Assembly (NCBI GenBank): GCA_015492075.1
Contig: WGFU01000037.1
Coordinates: 74,941-138,940, forward strand
Reading direction: 5' to 3'
DNA: 64,000 bases
Source of the DNA: Gammaproteobacteria bacterium
GTDB taxonomy: Bacteria > Pseudomonadota > Gammaproteobacteria > GCA-2400775
A program made the position numbers and the translations under genes. Shown one piece after another: positions 10,340 through 22,723 of the stretch. Below the pieces are notes generated by a model, which was not told where the DNA came from, made no database searches, and saw only the letters and a program-made list of their open reading frames with translations. The number at the start of each line of letters is the position of its first letter. The first letter of the stretch is position 1.

Positions 10340-10643
10340 AGATAAGCGCCGTAACTCTCGATTCTTTCTCAAAATAGGCTTTTGCCTTACCAGCTTGCCT
10401 TAAGCGACGACTTGCTATTCGGTCTTTGAAGTAAAGGCTAATCCCCGCGATACAGCGGGACATATAGTTTTGCCGCAACCGGCCTCGACTCGCCAAAGGT
10501 TGCCCCCAGGCCGAGATAACAACAATCACCTCGGGTGCTGTCAATCAACCGCTTGAAGCGCAGCAGTCGCCAAACTATGCGAACTCTCGTACACTTGTGA
10601 AACTTAATACTTTCACTCAAAATTATCGGAGCGGTTTTTATTA

Positions 10644-11714
10644 ATGTGTCGTCATTTGTTTTTAGTCGCCTCTTTGCTGGCGCTTTCCACTGCATGCCTG
10701 GCCGATGTCAAGGGAACTACTTCAGCCCAACCACGATTAACAGATCCGCGTGAAATGCGTCTGGCCAATGTCAAGCAATTAACCTTCGGCGGCCAAAATG
10801 CTGAGGCCTATTTCTCCTTCGACGACAAAAAACTGGTCTTTCAATCCACACCACGCGATTCAGAAAAACAATGTGATCAAATTTATGTCATGAACGTCGA
10901 TGGCAGCAATAAACAATTGCTGAGTAGCGGCAATGGCGTTACCACTTGCTCGTTCTTTTACCCTGATGGCAAGCACTTTCTGTATGCCTCTACCCACGAT
11001 GGCAAGACTGGCTGCCCCCCACCCGCCGATTTCAGCGAGGGCTATACCTGGCGCCTGGAAAAAGAATACGACATCTACAAAGCTGATCTTAATGGCAACA
11101 TTGTCGCCAGACTCACCAACGAACCCGGCTACGATGCCGAGGCCGTTATCTCCCCAACTGGAGACAAAATCGTATTTACCAGTGTACGCAGCGGCGATTT
11201 AGAACTGTGGACTATGGATCTCGATGGCAGCAACTTAAAACAAATCACCGACGAAATCGGATATGACGGTGGCGCGTTCTTCTCACCCGATGGCAAAAAA
11301 ATCGTTTGGCGTGCCAGTCGCTTCGACAATGACGCCAAAGGCTTAGCTGAGTATCAGCGTTTATTAGATAAAGGATTAATCCGGCCTTCGTCGCTCGACC
11401 TCTATATTATGGATACTGACGGCTCAAATAAACAGCGCATAACAAATTTTAACAAGGCCAGCTTTGGCCCGTATTTCCACCCTTCAGGTGACAGAATTAT
11501 TTTTTCGTCTAATCTTGATGATCCGCAAGGTCGCGAGTTTGATTTATATTTGATCGATATAGACGGAAAAAACCTGGAACGAGTCACTTACAGTGACGAC
11601 TTTGACGGTTTTCCCATGTTTTCCCATGACGGCAAAAAACTCGTTTGGGGTTCTAACCGTCATAACGAAAAACCACGAGAGACGAATGTCTTCATCGCTG
11701 ACTGGATTGAATAA
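10644..11714 (+). CDS. Exported PD40/TolB-like beta-propeller protein
   Basis: Signal peptide. Repeated FSPDGKKIV/FSHDGKKLV and MDLDGSNLKQIT units. Confidence 0.85.
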   Translation: MCRHLFLVASLLALSTACLADVKGTTSAQPRLTDPREMRLANVKQLTFGGQNAEAYFSFDDKKLVFQSTPRDSEKQCDQIYVMNVDGSNKQLLSSGNGVTTCSFFYPDGKHFLYASTHDGKTGCPPPADFSEGYTWRLEKEYDIYKADLNGNIVARLTNEPGYDAEAVISPTGDKIVFTSVRSGDLELWTMDLDGSNLKQITDEIGYDGGAFFSPDGKKIVWRASRFDNDAKGLAEYQRLLDKGLIRPSSLDLYIMDTDGSNKQRITNFNKASFGPYFHPSGDRIIFSSNLDDPQGREFDLYLIDIDGKNLERVTYSDDFDGFPMFSHDGKKLVWGSNRHNEKPRETNVFIADWIE

Positions 11715-11739
11715 CAACTATTAACCGGATATATAAAAT

Positions 11740-12744
11740 ATGTTAGAGGCACTTGCAGAATATGGTCTTTTCTTTGCCAAGACCGCCACCTTATTGATCG
11801 CACTGATTATTGCACTGTCAATTATTATGTCGCTAAGCCGGCGCGACAAAACGGCAGAACGTCTCATGGTACGTAATATCAATCACAAATATGACACCAT
11901 GATGCAGGTATTGGAGCACGAGGTGCTCGACAAAAAATCCTTAAAAAAGAGGCTCAAGGCACACAAAAAAGAACACAAGGCCAAGAAGAAAGAGGGGTCA
12001 GAAAAGGCTAAACATCGCGTTTTTGTCTTGAATTTTAAAGGCGACATACGTGCTAGTGCCGTAGCATCATTACGCGAGGAGGTTACTGCGCTACTCACCA
12101 TCGCCAATAAAGACGATGAAGTCTTACTCTGCCTTGAAAACTCCGGCGGCACGGTACATGAACATGGCCTTGCCGCATCGCAATTGCTGCGTATTCGTCA
12201 GCGCGATATCCCTTTGATCGTCGCCGTTGATAAGGTGGCCGCCAGCGGCGGTTATCTTATGGCGGCTACGGCAAACAAGATCATTGCCGCGCCTTTTGCC
12301 ATTATCGGCTCTATTGGCGTGCTGGCGCAAATCCCCAATTTCAATCGGGTACTGGAAAACCATGGCGTCGATTTTGAACAAATCTCGGCGGGCAAGTACA
12401 AACGCACCGTCACTATGTTCGGTAAAAATACCGACCAGGATCGCGCCAAACTGAAGCAAGAACTCGAAGAAATACATAATCTCTTTAAGGCCAGCGTCAG
12501 CGAGCATCGTGAGCAACTGGATATAGAAAAAGTCGCTACTGGCGAACACTGGTATGGTCAGCAAGCGCTGGAATTAAAACTCGTCGACGAGCTGATGACC
12601 AGCGACGATTACCTGCTGGAAAAAAGCAAAGAAACTGATTTGTTTGAAATTACCTATCAACAGAAAAAAAAGATAGGTAAAAAACTGGGCGCCGCGGCGA
12701 GCAGCGCCTGGGATGAGTTCAGGGGAAACGCCTTGTTCAGGTAG
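11740..12744 (+). CDS. sohB: S49 family protease SohB
   Basis: EYGLFFAK, FKGDIRASAVASLREEVTA, VDKVAASGGY, GSIGV, AGKYKRT. Confidence 0.95.
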   Translation: MLEALAEYGLFFAKTATLLIALIIALSIIMSLSRRDKTAERLMVRNINHKYDTMMQVLEHEVLDKKSLKKRLKAHKKEHKAKKKEGSEKAKHRVFVLNFKGDIRASAVASLREEVTALLTIANKDDEVLLCLENSGGTVHEHGLAASQLLRIRQRDIPLIVAVDKVAASGGYLMAATANKIIAAPFAIIGSIGVLAQIPNFNRVLENHGVDFEQISAGKYKRTVTMFGKNTDQDRAKLKQELEEIHNLFKASVSEHREQLDIEKVATGEHWYGQQALELKLVDELMTSDDYLLEKSKETDLFEITYQQKKKIGKKLGAAASSAWDEFRGNALFR

Positions 12745-12909
12745 CTGCCAGCCAATCTCTTACTTGATGACCAAGCCCTGAAAATTACTGCATTATTACC
12801 AAATCCCAGGACCAGTCAAAACATACAAGGCGTCAGACAGGGGGCCTGCAAGAATGATTCTGCCAATAGAAACCCATGCTGGCGAGCACGCCAATCAAAT
12901 TCTTCATGG

Positions 12910-13734
12910 TTAAGCCTTCTTGTTCTCGGGGAGGTACTGGCGCCAGTCGATATCACGGTCACCGGTAACAATAAACCAGGGATTCAATAATGAACCCTTG
13001 GTATTATAGCGTATTGGTTCCAGGCACATGTTGGTCAAGCGGCCACCTGCCTCTTCCACGATACACTGCGCTGCAGCAGTATCCCATTCTGAGGTAGGGC
13101 CGAAGCGTGGATAGATGTGTACGCTACCTTCGGCCACCAGACAGGATTTCAGAGAACTGCCCATGCTGATAACTTCACAATCACCGATTTTTTCCAGCAT
13201 ACCATCGAGTGAATCGCCACGATGTGAGCGACTCCCCGCAACCCTCAGCGCACCGCCGCGCCAGGCTTGTGTAGTTATCTTGCTGGCGGCTTCGCCATCA
13301 GCCTGTTTGTAGGCACCATAGCCGCGCGCGGCGAAATAGCACACACCTTGTGTCGGCGCATAGATAACACCGAGCACGGAGTCATGGCCGTCGATCAAGG
13401 CGATGTTTACGCTGAATTCGCCATTACGTTTGATAAATTCTCGCGTACCATCCAGTGGATCTACCAGCCAGTAACGCTGCCAGCCTTGACGCTCTTCAAA
13501 AGCAACGTTGGCAGATTCTTCAGACAAGACAGGAATATCCGGCGTCAGGTTTTTTAGGCCGGCAACGATACAATGATGGGCTGCCATATCAGCCTCGGTC
13601 AGCGGTGTATGATCTTCTTTTTCCATGACTTCAAACTCGCGGTTGTAGACCACGAGTATATTTTCACCGGCGCGCTTTGAGATTGCGATTACCCCGGCCA
13701 ACAGACTCTGAATTTCTTCGTCGGACATACTCAT
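12910..13734 (-). CDS. cysQ: 3'(2'),5'-bisphosphate nucleotidase
   Basis: PLTEADMAAH, LSEES, WLVDPLDGTREF, GSSLK, GPTSEWDTAAAQ. Confidence 0.96.
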   Translation of the reverse strand: MSMSDEEIQSLLAGVIAISKRAGENILVVYNREFEVMEKEDHTPLTEADMAAHHCIVAGLKNLTPDIPVLSEESANVAFEERQGWQRYWLVDPLDGTREFIKRNGEFSVNIALIDGHDSVLGVIYAPTQGVCYFAARGYGAYKQADGEAASKITTQAWRGGALRVAGSRSHRGDSLDGMLEKIGDCEVISMGSSLKSCLVAEGSVHIYPRFGPTSEWDTAAAQCIVEEAGGRLTNMCLEPIRYNTKGSLLNPWFIVTGDRDIDWRQYLPENKKA

Positions 13735-14279
13735 CGTTCCTTCAGTTTTTCCCGCACCAGATAAAGGGCGGCAATGCTTCGCGCCTCACTCATCTCACCA
13801 CCAGCCAGCAGGCGATCGATTTCGCTCAACTTCCATGGTACCACCTCAAGCTCTTCAGGCTCGTCTCCTTGCAGACGGCTTTCATAAAGGTCTTGCGCGA
13901 GGACGATTTGTGTTTCGTGACCCAGATAACCAGGCGCAATAGTCACTGAGCGTAGATGCTTCAGCGAGCGGGCAGCATAACCAATCTCCTCTCTTATTTC
14001 TCTATTAGCGGCGTCCAGCCAGTCCTCCTCGGCTTCGACCCGACCCTTGGGCAACGCCAGTTCGTAGCGGTGAACACCGGCATGGTATTCGCGGATAAGC
14101 AATACTGTATCGTTATCGAGCATCGGCACGATTAATACTGCACCTGCATAGCTGCTCAACAAGCGCTCGTAGTTGACCACTACGCCATTACTAAATTCAA
14201 GCTCTAATGCCTCGATCTTGAATAGCCGGGATTTCGCTATGGTCTTTTTTTTGATGATACGCGGCAGTGTCTTCGACAT
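13731..14279 (-). CDS. nudE: ADP compounds hydrolase NudE
   Basis: SRLFKIE.L.L.FSNG, YERL, Nudix box PKG.....E....AANREIREEIGY, SEARSIAAL. Coupled to cysQ. Confidence 0.93.
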   Translation of the reverse strand: MSKTLPRIIKKKTIAKSRLFKIEALELEFSNGVVVNYERLLSSYAGAVLIVPMLDNDTVLLIREYHAGVHRYELALPKGRVEAEEDWLDAANREIREEIGYAARSLKHLRSVTIAPGYLGHETQIVLAQDLYESRLQGDEPEELEVVPWKLSEIDRLLAGGEMSEARSIAALYLVREKLKER

Positions 14280-14322
14280 AATGCTTGCGCTATCCTGTCT
14301 CATGTTTCACGCTGAATTGTAA

Positions 14323-15000
14323 ATGAGTTTAACAGTAATGATTAACTGGCATGAGATCGACACGGTTCTGCTCGACCTTGATGGAACCTTGCTCGATCTA
14401 CATTTTGACAATTATTTTTGGTGCGAGCATCTACCGCTCTGTTACGCACAAAAACATGGGGTCGCGCTGCCCAAGGCGCGTGATTATCTAATGAAAGAGC
14501 TAAGCTTGCATCGCGGCAAGCTTAGCTGGTATTTAACCAATCATTGGAGTGAAACACTGAAACTGGACATTGTTGAATTGAAACAACAGGTCGCACATAA
14601 AATCAAAGTGCGCCCCTCGGTGAGGCCGTTTTTGCATTTTTTAGCCAAAAAAAACAAGCAACGCATCATCGCCACCAATGCCGACCTGAACAGTTTGAGA
14701 TTGAAGTTTGACCGCACTAAAATAGATTTGCTCGTCGATGCGGTATATAGCTCGGAAAATTTTGGCAGACCTAAAGAAGAACTCGGTTACTGGCAGGATT
14801 TGAAGACTGAAACGGCATTCGATCCCAGGCGGACACTGTTAATTGATGACAATATATCGGTGCTCAATTGTGCCAGGGACTTTGGCATTCGCCATCTGCT
14901 CGCTATCAACAAACCCGATTCGCAACAACCGGCAAGGGAAATTACAGAACACCAGCACACCGAATATTTCGATGGCTTACATTCGCCTGGTGCCTGCTAG
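14323..15000 (+). CDS. yrfG: GMP/IMP nucleotidase (HAD)
   Basis: WHEIDTVLLDLDGTLLDLHFDNYFW, PKE, IDDN. Divergent from nudE. Confidence 0.92.
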   Translation: MSLTVMINWHEIDTVLLDLDGTLLDLHFDNYFWCEHLPLCYAQKHGVALPKARDYLMKELSLHRGKLSWYLTNHWSETLKLDIVELKQQVAHKIKVRPSVRPFLHFLAKKNKQRIIATNADLNSLRLKFDRTKIDLLVDAVYSSENFGRPKEELGYWQDLKTETAFDPRRTLLIDDNISVLNCARDFGIRHLLAINKPDSQQPAREITEHQHTEYFDGLHSPGAC

Positions 15001-15443
15001 CCGGCCTTTTTCTTCGCCCACTGCTGGTGGCGCTTGTCCCAGTTCTTGAAACGCTTGCGGCAATAATTATCGAGCTCTTTATCATTACGAAAGTATAATT
15101 CAAAGCCCTCTTCCGCCGGCTGATCATATTCGCAGTAATCGTTAGTGTAGTCGCGGCAAATTTGTGGTCGCGTTTCGTAAACACCGCAACGCCCATCAGG
15201 CAACAGATGATTGCATTTCCCGGAAATCAGCAAATACCAGCCGTCGTCGTCTTTATATGCCTGCAAATTATCATGTGACACGACCCACATCAGGTGATCA
15301 AAATCCTTTTTTGATTTTGGTCTATCGATTTCCTGCGTTACATAGCTGCAACATTTACTGCCTTCACAAAAACTACATTTGTTTTCAGATGTAATCTCAG
15401 GCTTGATCGGAATGATCTTTGCCGCCTTAGCTTTTCTCGCCAT
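14997..15443 (-). CDS. YkgJ family cysteine-cluster protein
   Basis: CSFC...KCC, C.HL..DGRC.VYETRP.ICR.Y. Confidence 0.88.
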   Translation of the reverse strand: MARKAKAAKIIPIKPEITSENKCSFCEGSKCCSYVTQEIDRPKSKKDFDHLMWVVSHDNLQAYKDDDGWYLLISGKCNHLLPDGRCGVYETRPQICRDYTNDYCEYDQPAEEGFELYFRNDKELDNYCRKRFKNWDKRHQQWAKKKAG

Positions 15444-15451
15444 GCTGATTT

Positions 15452-17356
<1,905 letters not shown>

Positions 17357-17407
17357 TCAAAACAGGGGGCATGACAGAGAAAGGAGTCGGGCAAATAGCC
17401 GACTGGC

Positions 17408-17492
17408 TGCTTCCCTCCGCTAGTCTTACCCAGGTCAGGTTCAATGGGTCTTTCTCAGCCCGGCCTAAGCCAATGGCACCCCCGCAACAATG
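17408..17492 (-). ncRNA. TPP riboswitch
   Basis: Minus strand GGGGGTGCC...GGCTGAGA.AGACCC.TTGAACCTGA.CTGGGTAA.ACTAGCGGAGGGAAGC, upstream of thiC. Confidence 0.96.
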
Positions 17493-17604
17493 ATGACTGT
17501 ATAGGATGCACCCAGTCATTGCAACCAGGCCGCGCCTGCCACATAAACTGGCATGATGGCGCCAGGCTAGCTAGAATGGAAGGGTTTAGCTCGTTACTGA
17601 ATCG

Positions 17605-18270
17605 GTGAACATGATGGAACTCGCGCAAGCTCGCTTTAACATGATTGAACAACAAATCCGTCCGTGGGAGGTGCTAGATCAACGCGTGCTGGATCTTTTG
17701 GAGACATTGCCGCGCGACAGCTTTGTCAGCGACGCCGATAAATCACTGGCCTATGCCGATGTCAGCATCGCACTGGATCACGGCGAAGTGATGATGATGC
17801 CGAAAGTCGAAGCACGCTTGGTGCAAGCACTGAATGTCAGCAACACTGACCGCATACTTGAAATCGGCACCGGCAGCGGTTATGTCACTGGCTTGCTGGC
17901 CAGCATGGGCCAACACGTCACCAGTGTCGACATTTATACAGATTTCTTGGAACAGGCCAAAAGCCGTCTTGACCACCATACTATTAGTAATATTACGCTT
18001 GAGCATGGCGATGCTTCGCATGGCTGGAAAGTCGGTGAAGAAAGCTACGATGTCATCGCAGTCACCGGTTCTCTGCCGGTATACATCGATGCTTTTCAAA
18101 ACAGTCTCAATGTCGGTGGTCGTTTGTTTGTGATTGTTGGTCAGGCACCCCTCATGGAGGCCCTGCTAGTCACCCGAGTCACCGAGGACGAATGGATCAA
18201 ACAAAGCCTGTTTGAAACAGACCTGCCGCCACTGCGAAACGCCGAAACCCCCTCAAGTTTCGTATTTTAG
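17605..18270 (+). CDS. pcm: Protein-L-isoaspartate O-methyltransferase
   Basis: ARFNMIEQQIRPWEV, LEIGTGSGY, LFETDLPPL. Confidence 0.93.
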   Translation: MNMMELAQARFNMIEQQIRPWEVLDQRVLDLLETLPRDSFVSDADKSLAYADVSIALDHGEVMMMPKVEARLVQALNVSNTDRILEIGTGSGYVTGLLASMGQHVTSVDIYTDFLEQAKSRLDHHTISNITLEHGDASHGWKVGEESYDVIAVTGSLPVYIDAFQNSLNVGGRLFVIVGQAPLMEALLVTRVTEDEWIKQSLFETDLPPLRNAETPSSFVF

Positions 18271-18292
18271 GCAGCTAGCCAGGATCCAGGGA

Positions 18293-19615
18293 GTGAAAAT
18301 ACCCATTCACTTGCTCTGCTTGCTTGCTACACTTAGTCTGTCGTTCAGCACTAGTGCCGCTGATCTTGAAGAAATTCTCAGCCTTGCTTTGGAGAACGAC
18401 CCGCAAATCAACCAAGCCAAGGCCGCTTACCATGCCGCCTTGGAATCGCGACCGCAGGCGCGCGCCAACTTCCTGCCCCATATCAACCTTAGCGCTGACA
18501 CCACCGATAATACACAAGACCGAAGATTTGATAACGGTTTGTTTGGCGGCAACGAAAGTTTCAACTCACATCGCTATACGCTAAGCCTGACGCAACCTGT
18601 GTATAACCGTGATGCGATTGTACAGCGGCGACAAACCGATGCCATCGTCGGCGAAGCCGAAGTCAGGCTTGGCAGCGCTGAGCAAGCGCTGATCGTACGT
18701 GCCGCCGAAGGCTATTTCGATGTGCTAGCAGCGAAAGACAATGTCAGCTTTGCCAATGCCGAAAAAGAAGCCATCGCTCGTCAACTCGACCAAACCAATG
18801 AGCGCTTTGAAGTCGGCCTCATTCCGATTACCGACGTTAACGAAGCCCAAGCCAGCTACGATCTGTCTATCGCCGACGAGATCGATGCCAACAACACCTT
18901 GCTCAACGCACTGGAAGGCTTGCGTGAGATCACCGGGCGCTATCATGAGGAGCTAACACCCTTGATCGCAAACACACCGCTGCCCTCACCTGACCCCCCT
19001 AATATCGAACGTTGGACCGAAGTGGCGCTCAATGAAAACCTCGCTGTCAAAGCCGCCGCTTTCGCTAGCGAAAATTCACGTCATGCCATTGAGCGGGCAA
19101 AATCCGGTCATTATCCCACTATCGACATTGTCGCCAGCCAATCCAATGCCGTTTCTGGGGGGGGCAGTTTAGGTGGTAGCGAAATCGACAGCAGAGCGCT
19201 AAGTTTGCAGTTGAATGTCCCTATCTATCAAGGCGGTCAAATTCAATCACGGGCCCGTGAGGCACAAGCGCGCCTGGATGAAGCAAACCAGCGGCTAGAG
19301 CAACAACGCCGCAGTACCGTGCGTCAGGTCAGAGAGTCATACTTAGGAGTGCTCGCTAGCATTAGCCGCATTAAGGCATTAAAGCAGGCCGAAAAATCGA
19401 GCCAGAGCGCCTTGGAAGCCAATGAAGTGGGGCTGGAAGTTGGTACTCGCACCACAGTTGATGTGCTCGTCGCGCGGCGTCTTTTGTTTCGCGCCAAACG
19501 CGATTTGGCGCGGGCGCGCTATGACTATATTCTCAACACGCTGCGCTTAAAACAAGCCGCCGGTACACTCACCTTCAACGATATACGCGAGATCAATCGT
19601 TGGTTACACCGATAA
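18293..19615 (+). CDS. tolC: TolC family outer membrane channel
   Basis: Signal peptide after the GTG at 18293, SGHYPT, VPIYQGG, VGTRTTVDVL, ARYDYIL. pcm-tolC/waaA context. Confidence 0.93.
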   Translation: MKIPIHLLCLLATLSLSFSTSAADLEEILSLALENDPQINQAKAAYHAALESRPQARANFLPHINLSADTTDNTQDRRFDNGLFGGNESFNSHRYTLSLTQPVYNRDAIVQRRQTDAIVGEAEVRLGSAEQALIVRAAEGYFDVLAAKDNVSFANAEKEAIARQLDQTNERFEVGLIPITDVNEAQASYDLSIADEIDANNTLLNALEGLREITGRYHEELTPLIANTPLPSPDPPNIERWTEVALNENLAVKAAAFASENSRHAIERAKSGHYPTIDIVASQSNAVSGGGSLGGSEIDSRALSLQLNVPIYQGGQIQSRAREAQARLDEANQRLEQQRRSTVRQVRESYLGVLASISRIKALKQAEKSSQSALEANEVGLEVGTRTTVDVLVARRLLFRAKRDLARARYDYILNTLRLKQAAGTLTFNDIREINRWLHR

Positions 19616-19627
19616 TCTATTTGTCGC

Positions 19628-20902
19628 TTATCCGTCAATCAAGGTATCAAGGTGTTTGACAACCAATGCCTTGACGGCATCTACAGCACCGCGATTTTCT
19701 GCTACCACGCGGCGCCCTTGCTCACCGGCGTCATCACGTAAATTGGCTTCCTGCAGATACTCGATGATTGCCGAGCCAAGCTCCTCGGCATCCATCACTC
19801 GCCGCGCTGCGCCCTTGTCCAATAACAACTCACTGATATATTCAAAGTTGTGAGTATAAGGACCGATGACGACAGGTAAACCGACAGCCGCCGGCTCCAA
19901 CAAATTATGGCCGCCTACTGGCACCAGGCTACCGCCGACAAAGGCAACATCTGCCGCCGCATAAAACATGGCCAACTCACCCATGCTATCGCCGAGAAAA
20001 ACATCCGTTGCGTCCGTGCACATAACATCGCTACTACGCCGAACCACCGATAAACCCTGACCAAGGCATAGCGCCTCGACCTTATCAAACCGCTCGGGAT
20101 GGCGCGGCACTAATACCAATAAGGCTGTAGGAACGCTCTTCTTGACCAAATTAAAGGCCTGCAATACCTGTTCTTCTTCGCCATCGTGAGTACTGGCGGC
20201 AATCCATACCGAACGGCTGCTACCCCACACGCGGCGCAGCGCTTCTGCCTCCTCGAGCTGGCTCGATACGATACTAATATCAAATTTAACGTTGCCGGTT
20301 ATAAACACACGCTCTGGCGGTATACCTAACGAGATGAATCTTTCAGCATCAACAGGCGTTTGTGCTGCAACCACATCGAGACAACGTAGTGTCTGCTTAA
20401 CTAAGCCTTGGAAACGGCGGTAAACGCGCGCCGAGCGGTGTGATAAGCGAGCGTTTACCAACATCAGCGGTATCGACTCGCATGCGGCATAGTGATACAG
20501 ATTAGGCCAGATTTCCGTTTCCATGATCAAGCCAATGCACGGGTTACTACGTTTCAAAAACTGTTTTACCGCAAAGGGCAAGTCATAGGGAAGATAGGAA
20601 TGAGTAACTTGGCCACCCAAACTCAGCTTAAGATGATCAGCACCTGTCGAGGTCATTGTCGTCACCAATACCGGCGTATCAGGATAACGATTGATGATAG
20701 CCTTTAACAAAGGGACGACTGCCTGCACCTCACCCACTGATACGGCATGCAACCAGATAGGCGCAACGGAAAAAACTGGCGTCTTGCCAAAGCGCTGCTG
20801 CCACGCATGATTGCCCTGCTTAGAACAGAGCGCTCGCCAGCACAAATGAAGCTCAAAAAAAATGGCCACTGGCAGGGCAAGTAAGGTATAGAGATAACGC
20901 AT
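19628..20902 (-). CDS. waaA: Kdo transferase
   Basis: IWLHAVSVGE, YLPYD, METEIWPN, VNARLS, ASTH.GEE, VPRHPER, GGHNLLEP. Confidence 0.96.
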   Translation of the reverse strand: MRYLYTLLALPVAIFFELHLCWRALCSKQGNHAWQQRFGKTPVFSVAPIWLHAVSVGEVQAVVPLLKAIINRYPDTPVLVTTMTSTGADHLKLSLGGQVTHSYLPYDLPFAVKQFLKRSNPCIGLIMETEIWPNLYHYAACESIPLMLVNARLSHRSARVYRRFQGLVKQTLRCLDVVAAQTPVDAERFISLGIPPERVFITGNVKFDISIVSSQLEEAEALRRVWGSSRSVWIAASTHDGEEEQVLQAFNLVKKSVPTALLVLVPRHPERFDKVEALCLGQGLSVVRRSSDVMCTDATDVFLGDSMGELAMFYAAADVAFVGGSLVPVGGHNLLEPAAVGLPVVIGPYTHNFEYISELLLDKGAARRVMDAEELGSAIIEYLQEANLRDDAGEQGRRVVAENRGAVDAVKALVVKHLDTLIDG

Positions 20903-21025
20903 TCGTTGTCTGCCTGGCCAAGCTAATAAGCAGCAGCTTATAGTGGTACAGTGCATTGCGAGTCATTAGAGAAGGTATGGTAGCATAGTACAATTGGCTT
21001 TAAAGCCACCAAAGCACGCAGACAC

Positions 21026-21925
21026 GTGATTCAATATCAACTTTACCATCCTCGTCATTGGCCATCGTGGCTAGCCGTAGCAGTCATACGCCTGGTTGCC
21101 CTTCTTCCCTCTAGAACGCTTATGCGCCTCGGACCGCCACTTGGACGTTTACTCTACCGTTTCGTTGGCCGACGTAGAACTATTGCGCGAAACAATCTGC
21201 AACGCGCTTTCCCTGAAAAAGACTTGAACAACATTGACGCACTGGTCCGAGACCACTTCCAGGCGCTTGGAATTATGGTGATGGAAATGCTTATCACCTG
21301 GTGGAAGCGTAGCGATCAAATTCCCGCAAAGATCGTAGTAACAGGACAACAACATTTGCAAGCAGCCTTGGCCAAGGGTAAGGGTGTACTATTACTCAGC
21401 GCACACTTCACTTCCTTAGAGATCGGTGGCGCCTTGTTGCAGCGTGAAACCCAACTTACTATTCATGGCATGTATCGACCTCACGAAAACCCGGTTTTCG
21501 AGGCCGCTGTTAAAAAAGGACGCCAGCATTGGTTTAGCCAGATGATCGCACGTGATAACGTCAAACAAATGCTGCGCAGCCTAAAAAAGGGACTCATCGT
21601 TTGGTATGCGCCGGATCAAGCTTATGGCGGGCGCAACAGCGTTCAAGCGCCCTTTTTTGGCCACAATGTAGCGACAAATCCGGGCACTTCGCGTATCGCC
21701 AAGCTAAGCGGCGCTCCTGTAGTGCCTTATTTCCCTATCCGCAAATCGAACGGTCTTGATTACGAACTGCGGCTATTGCCGGCACTAGAGAATTTCCCTA
21801 GCGGGGACATATCTGACGACGCCACAGTGATCAACCAACTAATAGAAAATATCGCTCGCGAATACCCGGAACAATATTACTGGGTGCATCGCCGCTTTAA
21901 ATACTCGAGCGACCCCATCAAGTAG
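21026..21925 (+). CDS. lpxL: Lipid A acyltransferase (LpxL/LpxP family)
   Basis: HPRHWPSW, AHFTSLE, WYAPDQ, PFFG, PEQYYWVHRRFK. Confidence 0.92.
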   Translation: MIQYQLYHPRHWPSWLAVAVIRLVALLPSRTLMRLGPPLGRLLYRFVGRRRTIARNNLQRAFPEKDLNNIDALVRDHFQALGIMVMEMLITWWKRSDQIPAKIVVTGQQHLQAALAKGKGVLLLSAHFTSLEIGGALLQRETQLTIHGMYRPHENPVFEAAVKKGRQHWFSQMIARDNVKQMLRSLKKGLIVWYAPDQAYGGRNSVQAPFFGHNVATNPGTSRIAKLSGAPVVPYFPIRKSNGLDYELRLLPALENFPSGDISDDATVINQLIENIAREYPEQYYWVHRRFKYSSDPIK

Positions 21926-21947
21926 TGTGCTTGCCAATCACTGCAGG

Positions 21948-22649
21948 CTAGGAATGGATATACGCCTGTATCAAGTGGTTCCAATCATCCTGATTAAAAT
22001 CAAACGCTGGGTTTTTTCGTTTCAATTTATGTAGTGAGCGCTGCAGTCGTTCCAGGTTATTCACTTTCCAAGCTTCACCCGTTTTTATAGCGCCCTTATC
22101 AAAATCGAGTATAAACAATTCTTGCCGCTGATTAATCAGGATATTGCTGGCATTAAGGTCTGCATGGTAAACACCATGCGTATGAAAGCGTTTAATACAC
22201 ACACCGATCGCTTGCCAGCCATCTCGTTCAAGACTTGAATCGGACAAATATTCTGCAAGTGTCTTGGCGTTGTCAATTTGCACCGTGACTAGGCTCGCTT
22301 GGTAAAAACAAGCCTTGATCACGACACGTGCGGCGACGGGGTCAGGAACCGGCAACCCTTTGCTTCTCATTGTCGCCAATAACCGCCACTCTTTAAATGC
22401 TCGCGTTGCCTCCGCATGACAGCCAAAGTATCGGTCTCGTACAAACCGCGCCAGAACCCCCCCGCGTAGATAATATTTGGCGACCAGAAAATGTTTTCCG
22501 TACTGAAAAAAACTCCCACACCCACGCTTTTGCCGAGTCATACTGTCAGCGACCAAACCGGTAGCAAACAGCTGCGTGCAATCCTCGCCACTCATATACG
22601 CTTCATCAAATAAGATATACTGGCCTAGAGATTGAATGACCTGACTCAA
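21948..22649 (-). CDS. kdkA: Kdo kinase
   Basis: Y.RGG, TRAFKE..LL, GLPVP.PVAA, YHADLNASNIL, LDFDKG, NLERLQRSL. Confidence 0.9.
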   Translation of the reverse strand: MSQVIQSLGQYILFDEAYMSGEDCTQLFATGLVADSMTRQKRGCGSFFQYGKHFLVAKYYLRGGVLARFVRDRYFGCHAEATRAFKEWRLLATMRSKGLPVPDPVAARVVIKACFYQASLVTVQIDNAKTLAEYLSDSSLERDGWQAIGVCIKRFHTHGVYHADLNASNILINQRQELFILDFDKGAIKTGEAWKVNNLERLQRSLHKLKRKNPAFDFNQDDWNHLIQAYIHS

Positions 22650-22723
22650 ATTTAGCCCTTAAAAACCGCCATCTTTATGGCCACCTTAGCACAACCAACA
22701 TACCGGAATAAAAGCGAGGCACG

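Noticed and set aside
10284-10643. Short ORFs or an attR repeat of tRNA-Phe in this spacer
   Set aside because: No recognisable protein, and no convincing copy of the tRNA 3' end.
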